This document shows, one piece after another, positions 8,859 to 16,204 of a stretch of DNA of 17,835 bases. The DNA is from Candidatus Sigynarchaeum calidifontis (GTDB lineage: Archaea > Asgardarchaeota > Lokiarchaeia > Sigyniarchaeales > Sigyniarchaeaceae). Each line of letters opens with the position of its first letter. Position 1 is the stretch's first letter. Position numbers and translations under genes: made by a program. The notes under the pieces are model-generated. The model saw nothing but the letters and a program-made list of their open reading frames with translations, was not told the origin of the DNA and ran no database searches. The stretch spans positions 1 to 17,835 of the forward strand of contig JAUQYZ020000127.1 of assembly GCA_030587475.2 (NCBI GenBank). Reading direction: 5' to 3'.

Positions 8859-10391
8859 TCACCCGTTAGTGGATAACAACGTGCCGATGATCATCAAGCA
8901 AACCCCAACGACAACGACAATGCATATCAACGAAATCTTGAACCGGAACGTGTTAGCTAAATTATTCTTCCGTAGCTTGAAATGTTCGAGGGCAAGGCCT
9001 GTCACGCGCCCGTGGTCATCCTCGATAAATGAAAGGTGTTCTTGCCTGGCGTCCGGCTTCTTCGGGTTGGAAACAAGGAAATGGTTCCGCTCGCCCGTCG
9101 CGAGCAACTCGACACCTTTTCTCCGGGTTCCATAGAAGGAAGACAAGCATAGCGCGTCCCCACGTGCGGATATCTTGAAGTCACCGCCGTAATACCCGAT
9201 GATCCGCGTGTTCGTGAGCACGCCCGGGAGAGGGCCATAATAACCTGTTACATCCACGCTTGCAAGCCCCCTGGCACTTGTTCCAGGCCCGCTCGCCCGT
9301 TCTTCGCCAAGAAGGAGGGTGAGGATCCTGTGCTTGATTTCTTGTGTCCGCCGGGGGCCAAAGATCTCGTCCTTGTTGCAAAACACGAGCAATGCCAGGT
9401 TCTCCGACGGGACGAGAGACAGGACACTCGTGAAGCCGCTCGTGGCCCCGCCGTGCTCGACGATGCGCGCGCCGTTGATGCGGTACAAGTGAAAGCACAG
9501 CCCGATGGCCACGTCATCCTTGAGCGTGTCGCTCGCCCAGTAATGCGGGGTGAACGCCATGTCGATGGTCGATGCCTTCAGCAAGCGGCTCCCACCCGGC
9601 AAAGCACCCTTTGCGAGCAACATCGCTGCAAATTTCGCCATGTCCTCCAGGGACGAGATGAGGTTACCCGCGGGCGCGATGATGTTCTGGTAGTACGCCG
9701 CCGGCACGAGACGGCCGAACGATTGCTTGTATCCCCGGGCCTCGCAGTCGCCGATACGGGCCGTCGGGAGGAAATCGGAATGGCACATGTCGAGTGGATC
9801 CATGACATGGTTGACCATGTAGTCCCGGAAAGACTCACCCGACAGCTGCTCGATGATGTATCCCAGGAGCGAAAAGCCGATGTTCGAGTATGCATATTTC
9901 GTTCCAGCGGCGACTTCGGGTCGAAGAGGCTTGTCGTGAATCGTGCTCAGCGGGGGCACGGGCGTGTCACGGCCCTTCACCAGCAGGCCGAAGCCGGGCT
10001 TGAACAAGTCTCTTTTCTGCAGCATCTCGCCGATGCCTGCCTGGTGCGTGAGCAAGTGCGTGAACGTGACATCCGGCCAACCAGCTTTCACGACCACCTT
10101 CCCTTTCGGGAGATATTTATTGACGGGCTCGTCCAGCTGGAATCGCCCCTTTTCCCAGAGTTGCAGCAAGCCGACGGTCGTGAGTGTCTTCGAGATCGAT
10201 GCGAGCCGGAATGCCGTGCACGTGTTCACGGGCGTTTTTCTCTCGATGTCCGCGTAGCCCGAGCATTTCACGTGCACGAGCCGTCCCTCGTGCACGATGC
10301 CCACGGCCAGGCCAGGTATGCCGCTCCCGGTGAAACACGAGTCGACCAGGGCATCAATGGAGCCGACTCGCTCGTGGATCGAAGCCTTCAT
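8859..10391 (-). CDS. Serine hydrolase, beta-lactamase/AmpC-like (PBP fold), with a C-terminal transmembrane anchor
   Basis: SxxK (FRLASISK), LLTHQAG, YxN (YAYSNIGF), PAGNL and HGG motifs. Hydrophobic C-terminus ISLICIVVVVGVCLMIIGTLL; no N-terminal signal peptide is evident. Confidence 0.92.
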   Translation of the reverse strand: MKASIHERVGSIDALVDSCFTGSGIPGLAVGIVHEGRLVHVKCSGYADIERKTPVNTCTAFRLASISKTLTTVGLLQLWEKGRFQLDEPVNKYLPKGKVVVKAGWPDVTFTHLLTHQAGIGEMLQKRDLFKPGFGLLVKGRDTPVPPLSTIHDKPLRPEVAAGTKYAYSNIGFSLLGYIIEQLSGESFRDYMVNHVMDPLDMCHSDFLPTARIGDCEARGYKQSFGRLVPAAYYQNIIAPAGNLISSLEDMAKFAAMLLAKGALPGGSRLLKASTIDMAFTPHYWASDTLKDDVAIGLCFHLYRINGARIVEHGGATSGFTSVLSLVPSENLALLVFCNKDEIFGPRRTQEIKHRILTLLLGEERASGPGTSARGLASVDVTGYYGPLPGVLTNTRIIGYYGGDFKISARGDALCLSSFYGTRRKGVELLATGERNHFLVSNPKKPDARQEHLSFIEDDHGRVTGLALEHFKLRKNNLANTFRFKISLICIVVVVGVCLMIIGTLLSTNG

Positions 10392-10668
10392 GGTTACTTT
10401 GTTCCTCTGCCACGGGAAAAAAAGGATGATGATCGATCTCCGCGCGTGCGGTGATCAATGCATAGCCGTCGTAACACGCCCCCGGGCTTACTCATGGCAT
10501 GGTTTAAGAACACCTCTGTCAATCTCATAATTGTCCAGCCGGAAAGCGCCGAGAAAAAGGGTGCCTTGCGATGGGAAAAACGCGAGGACACGAAGTCGGC
10601 ATGATACCGTTGCGGGAAAAAAGGCGAAGATCATGGCCTTGCGGTTAAAGACGCTCAAGCCGAACATC

Positions 10669-12573
10669 ATGGTAAAAATCCACGTTGAGGAAAATCGCCA
10701 GAAATTCAGCAACATTTTTGACGGGCTGATGGCGATGCTTCCAGAGTTTGCCGACCCGATCATCGAGACTTTCATCGTCGACCAGGCCACCAGGATCTCT
10801 AGCGACGTGGTGAAGGAACCGGAAAAGACCATGGCGCGCCTGGCGAGGTTGCTCGATTTTTGCCGTTTGCTCCTGCAAAAGGGCATCCGCTCGGTTAAAG
10901 ACTTGCCCGTGACGAAGCCACTCAAGATATTCTTCGCGGATTTTATCGCAGAAGGTACTTCCGGGGATGATTTCGCCGCGATCGTCCCGAATAGTGAATA
11001 CAAGCCGGAGAAGCCAGCCGGGCAAGACATGGACCTCGCGGACCCGCACGTGTACCTGCGAGAGATCGAGATCCTCGACGATGCTTGCCTCGACGGGAAG
11101 GGAGTCTCGATCAAGCGGCTATCGGACAAGCTCATGGCCGTGATCCGGCTATCGCTTCCACTGCTCGACGTGGCAAAAGCGGCCGACAAGAAGCAAGAAG
11201 CCTTGGGATTGGATACCAAGCAACCGAGCATTGCCATGGCAATAGAACGAACCCTCGACATGCTCTCGGGCGACCAGGCGCGCCTCCACACCCGGCGCAT
11301 CATGAAGGTGACCAGGCTCGTGCACGACCTGGTGGCCCGGATCAAGGACGCGGAGCAACAGCGCGAGACGCTGCAGGTTCGACAAGAAAAGCCGTGGCTC
11401 TTCATGGTCGCCAAGGAGGACATATTACCCCAGGAAAAATACAAAGAACAAATGGACTGGCTCGCCGCGGAAATAACGTCGGCACAACGGAAGCTCAAGC
11501 ACGTTGTCGGCACGTTCAAGGCAGCACCCGAGTGCGACGATCTCGTCGATGCGCTGGAGAAACTCGAGCGGCACGTAGACTTGAACATCATCGAAAACTT
11601 GAATGAGACGATATTGCGCATCCGAGCCACGGGAACCAGGGGCCTCATCGTTTCGAAACAAGACCTGGATCTCGCGAACAAGGCCAAGATCCAGTTGGAA
11701 GGCATCCTGGTCACGTCCGACTCGCCATTCCCCGACCTTGCTAAATTAAATAACGATTACTTGAAAGCAAAGGAGAAACTCTACACGCTCACGAAGAGCA
11801 TCACCACGGAACTCGCCAAGCGCACGATCGAGGAGAAAGCCATCGTCGAGAACGGGATCATGGCGGCGATGCTACAAGTCATGAAAGAGTACGAGGACAA
11901 CCAGCGGGGCCACGCGGGCTCGGGTTTCTTGTGCATGATGGTGTGGATACAAGAAGCCGCCCTCGACTTGCTTCAAAAACTGAGCGTTGAAATCGGTAGA
12001 TTTTCGATGCTCGTGTCGGAAAGGACGCTGGATCGCGAGCAAGTAATGGCTTTATTGATGGTGATCGGTGAAAAAAAGGTCGACGATCTCGACAAGGCAA
12101 GCCTAGAGGAGCGAATCAAATTGAAAACGATTCCCGAGCCGCACATCGACACGGCCATACGGCTGCTGCGATACACGCCGCTCTCCCGGGATGCATATTA
12201 CTCGCCATCCGTGAACGCGTCACGGGAGCGCATCACCGGGCTCGCCGCGAACCTCAAGTTACTCGACGCGATCTTCTTGATCTTGTTCGAGATCGGCGTG
12301 AACCTGGAGGACCTCGACACGTTCTTGCCACGGAAGTTCATCGCCATGGAGGATCCCCGGGCGCCGACTGCTTTCGCAGAAACGCTCGATAAATGGCTCG
12401 CCGACAATGTTGGTCGCTTGTTCGCCGCGGGTGGTGCTGGATCGCACAAGCAAGCGGGCGAGAAGGTCGAGGCCATCAAGGCCAAGCTTGAAAATCTCCA
12501 GGATCTTTTGATCTCGATCCCGGAAGATATTTTCGAGAAGGTGCGGCCGATCTCCCTTGAAATCGATCACTAA
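10669..12573 (+). CDS. Large hypothetical alpha-helical / coiled-coil protein
   Basis: Long ORF with genome-like codon usage, rich in L/E/K/A. No recognisable catalytic motif or clear TM segment. Alternative starts are 10633 and 10531. Confidence 0.8.
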   Translation: MVKIHVEENRQKFSNIFDGLMAMLPEFADPIIETFIVDQATRISSDVVKEPEKTMARLARLLDFCRLLLQKGIRSVKDLPVTKPLKIFFADFIAEGTSGDDFAAIVPNSEYKPEKPAGQDMDLADPHVYLREIEILDDACLDGKGVSIKRLSDKLMAVIRLSLPLLDVAKAADKKQEALGLDTKQPSIAMAIERTLDMLSGDQARLHTRRIMKVTRLVHDLVARIKDAEQQRETLQVRQEKPWLFMVAKEDILPQEKYKEQMDWLAAEITSAQRKLKHVVGTFKAAPECDDLVDALEKLERHVDLNIIENLNETILRIRATGTRGLIVSKQDLDLANKAKIQLEGILVTSDSPFPDLAKLNNDYLKAKEKLYTLTKSITTELAKRTIEEKAIVENGIMAAMLQVMKEYEDNQRGHAGSGFLCMMVWIQEAALDLLQKLSVEIGRFSMLVSERTLDREQVMALLMVIGEKKVDDLDKASLEERIKLKTIPEPHIDTAIRLLRYTPLSRDAYYSPSVNASRERITGLAANLKLLDAIFLILFEIGVNLEDLDTFLPRKFIAMEDPRAPTAFAETLDKWLADNVGRLFAAGGAGSHKQAGEKVEAIKAKLENLQDLLISIPEDIFEKVRPISLEIDH

Positions 12574-12948
12574 CCTCAATACACGCTATTCCAGAAAGAA
12601 CTTGGAGACAAACACTTGGAGACAAAACAGTGGAGCAATGTTCCATTTCATCCAAGCCGCCGAAAAAGCTGTTAAAGGCTTGTTGTATTTGCTCAACCTG
12701 CATCCATGGGGTCACTCTTTATCGAGCCTTCTTATGGAATGCGAGAAGCAAGGTGTAACCGTTAAGCCGGAATTCAAGGCGAGTGCGAAAGCATTTGAGG
12801 TTCATTACACGGGTTCGAGATATCCTGATGCGTCTCCTACGCCCCCGCGGAAAGCCTAGGACAAGGCATGGCAAGGGAAATGAAAAAACAAGCAATGGCA
12901 ATCGTGGAATTTGTCGAACATGAAAAGGAGGCGAGAACGAAACCGTGA
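12574..12948 (+). pseudogene. Disrupted HEPN-domain gene of a HEPN-MNT pair
   Basis: FHFIQAAEKAVKGLL...PWGHSL...HYTGSRYPD is typical of HEPN. After the TAG at 12857-12859, the expected last helix (MAREMKKQAMAIVEFVEHE) continues in a shifted frame to TGA 12946-12948, overlapping the MNT GTG. No convincing N-terminus is present. Confidence 0.8.
12600..12626. repeat. Tandem direct repeat ACTTGGAGACAAA x2 (period 14 nt)
   Basis: Copies at 12600-12612 and 12614-12626, in the degraded 5' part of the HEPN gene. Confidence 0.85.
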
Positions 12949-13355
12949 AAATAAAGGAAGATGCACTGGAATTATTCGGGAGCATGATCTCGGCGATCCA
13001 GGTTCGGATCGATTTAAAAGCCGTGATATTGTTTGGATCGCGTGCTAAAGGAACTGCTCATGCATACAGCGATTATGATCTCGTCATAGTTGGCGATTTC
13101 AAGGAGGAATACTTTGCTCGTTTAGAATGGGTTATCCAGCTCGCCTCCTTCGTATCCGTCGATCTCTTTTATTACACCCCGCAAGAATTCAAGATAATGT
13201 TTGATGAGTATCGGCAGACCCCGATCGACGCAGTAGGCGAGGGCATCATGCTGTTCGGTGAGGATTGGATACGCCCATACAAGCAGCGCTACACGAAATT
13301 CGTGGAGCACGGCATGAAAAAAACGGATTGCGTGTTGATACCGCCATCTTTATGA
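12945..13355 (+). CDS. Minimal nucleotidyltransferase (MNT, Pol-beta superfamily)
   Basis: VILFGSRAKG...SDYDLVIV (GS-x10-DxD), a third Asp in VDLFYY and TPQEF; AGGAGG lies upstream. Confidence 0.92.
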   Translation: MKIKEDALELFGSMISAIQVRIDLKAVILFGSRAKGTAHAYSDYDLVIVGDFKEEYFARLEWVIQLASFVSVDLFYYTPQEFKIMFDEYRQTPIDAVGEGIMLFGEDWIRPYKQRYTKFVEHGMKKTDCVLIPPSL

Positions 13356-13400
13356 TTATATAGAATGAAAGCCCCGCGATGTTGTCGCGATGTTTGCTTT

Positions 13401-14363
13401 TCAATCGATGGACGGCGTGGGGCGGGCACTGCGGTTCTTTTTCTCGTCAAAATACCGCACGTAGTCGTTACCGAGGATAGCAGCGATGCGGCCGTGCAGC
13501 TCCGGGCTGCGCTCGTTGAGCCAGCGCAAGCCTTGCTTGAGGATCCACACGAGCGCGAAGGTCGCGGGGCCGAGCTCCGACTTGGACTTGGAGGCGAGGT
13601 CGGCCGTGACCTGGATGCCCTCGTCGCGGATCCACCTTGCTGCCAGGTCGAGCACGACGCCGGGCATGTACTTCGACAAGTCCTTGAGGTTATTCCCGAC
13701 GGATTTCCGCACGTATTCCGATGGATCGTGGCGCAACTCGCCCAGGATATCGAGCACCTGGGCATTTTTCGCAGGATCCCGGAGCCATCTCGTGCCGATG
13801 CGCGGCCGCAAGCCCTCGGCCACGAATCGCCGCACGTTCTCGTCTGGCGACCGGAGCCATTGCCGGCAGCGAGGCAAAATGGATTCGGGATATCTCTGCA
13901 CCGCGTGGAGGAGCGGCTCGAGCGCCATCTCGCGGATCTCCCAGTCCGGGCTCGATGCCCATGAGAGGATCAGCGGCTCGCACGCGGCAAACCATGCAGG
14001 TCCTTCTTTCGTGAACTCGGCCAGGAAGAAAATAGCGATGCACTTCCCGAAGGGGCGCGGCCTGGTATCGGGAACGCTATACAAGGCATCCGCAAATGCG
14101 ATGACCTGGGACGGTTGGATTTCCTTGCCAAGGGTGCTTTCGCGAAAATATTCAGCGAGGCTCGTCGCGGCAGGGCGGCAAAGAAATACCGCACCTTTCC
14201 CGACGCGCTCCTTCGCCGGGAGGGCGCCGTATTCCTCGTCGAGGAAACGGCAAATCGTGGTGTGCGCCTCGGTGGCAGCCGCTGGATCCGTGGGTAGTTG
14301 AGCCGCCCGCCAGGCGCTCGTGGCACGTGCCTCGATCCTCGACCGGGTCGCTTCGGATCCCAT
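13401..14363 (-). CDS. DNA alkylation repair family HEAT-like repeat protein (AlkC/AlkD-like)
   Basis: Repeats WASSPDWEIREMA, WLRSPDENVRRFVAEGLRPR and LRHDPSEYVRKSVGNNLKDLSK. Confidence 0.85.
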   Translation of the reverse strand: MGSEATRSRIEARATSAWRAAQLPTDPAAATEAHTTICRFLDEEYGALPAKERVGKGAVFLCRPAATSLAEYFRESTLGKEIQPSQVIAFADALYSVPDTRPRPFGKCIAIFFLAEFTKEGPAWFAACEPLILSWASSPDWEIREMALEPLLHAVQRYPESILPRCRQWLRSPDENVRRFVAEGLRPRIGTRWLRDPAKNAQVLDILGELRHDPSEYVRKSVGNNLKDLSKYMPGVVLDLAARWIRDEGIQVTADLASKSKSELGPATFALVWILKQGLRWLNERSPELHGRIAAILGNDYVRYFDEKKNRSARPTPSID

Positions 14364-14410
14364 GCTAACGCGAAGGCGCGTGACAATAAATCGGTTTCAT
14401 CCCCGATAAC

Positions 14411-14460
14411 GTGTTGCTGTTGTTCTTGTTTCTATTGCTATTACTGCTGCTACTATTACA
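14411..14460. repeat. Low-complexity degenerate trinucleotide tract (TGT/TGC/TAT/TAC)n
   Basis: gtgttgctgttgttcttgtttctattgctattactgctgctactattaca in the intergenic region. Confidence 0.6.
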
Positions 14461-14508
14461 CCGTGTCGGGGTAGTCGGCTGATGGAATCGATAGAATCCG
14501 CCTTGTCT

Positions 14509-14556
14509 GGAAAAGGTTAAATCAATATGCTCGGATGTATCCATTGTCATACAATG
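14509..14556 (+). promoter_or_regulatory. Putative BRE/TATA promoter and palindromic operator of the antitoxin-PIN operon
   Basis: GGAAAAGG-TTAAAT at 14509-14522. Perfect inverted repeat CATTGT-cat-ACAATG at 14542-14556, with an overlapping TGTAT-N8-ATACA at 14536-14553. Confidence 0.6.
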
Positions 14557-14581
14557 CACACGCGAATGATGGCGATCATGC

Positions 14582-14896
14582 ATGGGTCAATCCATCACGG
14601 CACGTCTACCGGAAGACTTGGTAAGGGAAATCGAGAAGATTTCCAAGGCGGAGCAGCTCGACAAGTCCAGTGTCATTCGGCGGTTACTCGCAAAAGCGAT
14701 AGCCCAGTGGAACTTGGAATATGCATTGGAAGCATATCAGAAAGGTGATGTTTCTCTAGGACGGGCTACCGAGATGGCCAAGGTATCGATCTGGACGTTC
14801 ATGGCAAGATTGAACGAGCGGAAGATCCCCCTAAATTATTCCGTCGATGACCTCGAGGCTGATCTGGATTTCGTGAAAGAGGCAGCCGATTCATGA
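14582..14896 (+). CDS. UPF0175-family antitoxin with an N-terminal ribbon-helix-helix domain
   Basis: SITARLPEDL...DKSSVIRRLL (RHH) followed by YQKGDVSLGRATEMAKVSIWTF...L.ERKI (UPF0175). ATGA overlap with the next gene. Confidence 0.9.
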   Translation: MGQSITARLPEDLVREIEKISKAEQLDKSSVIRRLLAKAIAQWNLEYALEAYQKGDVSLGRATEMAKVSIWTFMARLNERKIPLNYSVDDLEADLDFVKEAADS

Positions 14897-15417
14897 AAAC
14901 CGTCGTGTCTAACGCATCGCCCATCATCGCTTTCAGCAAGAAAGGCGAGCTCCCTTTATTGAAGACCCTATTCAAGACGATCCATTTGCCAAAGTTAGTT
15001 CACGACGAACTGGTACGTGAAGAAGGGGCAAGCCAATTGCAGATCGAATCGGTCAAAACAGCGATCAAGGACAAGTGGCTCGTCGTGGACCCATCGAGTG
15101 ACGCTTCGCAGCTCGCCCGGTATCGCATCGGTCGTGGTGAACAAGATGCAATCGCCGCATGCTTGACCGAGCCTGAATCGCATCTTTTACTCATGGATGA
15201 CAAGAAAGCAAAGCAGATAGCGAAGGATCACCATGTTCAGACCCTAGGAACCCTCGGTATCATCGGGCTCGCGTTCTCGAAACGTCTTCGTAATAAAAAG
15301 CAAACATTGGAGAACCTTCAACGGCTTCTACATGAAGGATTTTACCTTTCGAGTGACGTGCTAATCTCCTTTATAAATTTCGTTGAAAAATCGAATCTGG
15401 AAAATCAGCCGGAATGA
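14893..15417 (+). CDS. PIN-domain protein (DUF3368 / VapC-like toxin)
   Basis: VVSNASPII, P..V.DEL, IGRGEQDAI, LLMDDKKAK, GTLGII and GFYLS. Confidence 0.9.
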   Translation: MKTVVSNASPIIAFSKKGELPLLKTLFKTIHLPKLVHDELVREEGASQLQIESVKTAIKDKWLVVDPSSDASQLARYRIGRGEQDAIAACLTEPESHLLLMDDKKAKQIAKDHHVQTLGTLGIIGLAFSKRLRNKKQTLENLQRLLHEGFYLSSDVLISFINFVEKSNLENQPE

Positions 15418-15512
15418 TCGGTATCTTGCTCCGCTCTGGTTTTCCCCTCGATGTTGACCACTATACAGGGGACCAGAATAAAAAAACGGGACAAAAATGA
15501 AGAGGAACGCGA

Positions 15513-15956
15513 TCACTGCTCGATCTTGTCGAGATCGGACAGGTCGAGGTTGGAACCCGAATCCTCGGGCACGTCCGAGAGGAAATCCTCGAGGATCTTC
15601 TTGAGCTCGTCGCCGCTGCGTTTCATGATGAGCCGGACGAGACCGATGTTGATCTCCGAGTCCGAGATGAGACAGAGCACGCCACGGCCCGTGCTGGCGG
15701 CGAAGATCTTGCCCTTCTCGAACTCGCTCGTGACGATGCTGAGCTCGCCGAGTTCGAGGCTCTGGCCTTGCGTCTCTGCCGCGCAGAAGATGGCCGACGC
15801 GATGGCGCCGATGCCATCGATATCGACGGGATAGTAACTAAATTTTGAAACGTGCGCGATCGTGAGACCGGTTCGGTCGACTAGAATAACTTTCTTGATC
15901 CCAGATTCAGATTTAATGATCCGCGATAGGATTTCATCAAAGTTTTTCGTGTCCAT
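15513..15956 (-). CDS. Roadblock/LC7 (MglB/LAMTOR2-like) domain protein
   Basis: Helix, VILVDRTGLTIA, DGIGAIASAIF, LGEL..VTSEFEKGKIF, VLCLIS and NIGLVRL, followed by an acidic tail. AAGGTGTGA RBS upstream; TTG at 15959 is an alternative start. Confidence 0.92.
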   Translation of the reverse strand: MDTKNFDEILSRIIKSESGIKKVILVDRTGLTIAHVSKFSYYPVDIDGIGAIASAIFCAAETQGQSLELGELSIVTSEFEKGKIFAASTGRGVLCLISDSEINIGLVRLIMKRSGDELKKILEDFLSDVPEDSGSNLDLSDLDKIEQ

Positions 15957-16204
15957 CAATTGGCGTCACACCTTCATTTTTTGTTTTCAATCGTGATGTC
16001 CGTGCAAGATCTCACGCTGCGCTCGTGCATCGATGAGCCCCGGCGAAGGATCTTGATACATGGAAGAATGTAGTCAATATAAGAATAAAAATGTTCGTCT
16101 GGTGCGCGGGGGGCGTCGTCCCCGCGCGTCCCCGCGCGTGCCCGTGCCGACCCTTGCACGCCGGTGCGGGCACCATGCTAGCCATCCGGCCATCGATCGC
16201 CGGG

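Noticed and set aside
8859-10391. Calling the serine hydrolase a true beta-lactamase resistance gene
   Set aside because: The motifs define only the fold family, which includes many esterases and peptidases, and no export signal is present.
12600-12626. Direct repeat as a CRISPR remnant or target-site duplication
   Set aside because: There are only two adjacent 13-nt copies with no spacer, cas gene or transposase; a local slippage duplication is simpler.
12857-12859. In-frame TAG in HEPN as possible pyrrolysine or readthrough
   Set aside because: Reading through in the same frame meets a TGA seven codons later. The homologous C-terminal helix lies in another frame, so one deletion explains it.
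16030-16050. CGATGAGCCCCGGCGAAG resembling a hammerhead ribozyme core
   Set aside because: It lacks the exact CUGANGA and GAAA boxes, and convincing stems I and III are absent.
16100-16200. Possible SRP RNA or tRNA in the GC-rich intergenic stretch
   Set aside because: No cloverleaf, T-loop or SRP helix-8 motif is present, and the gap is too short for archaeal SRP RNA.
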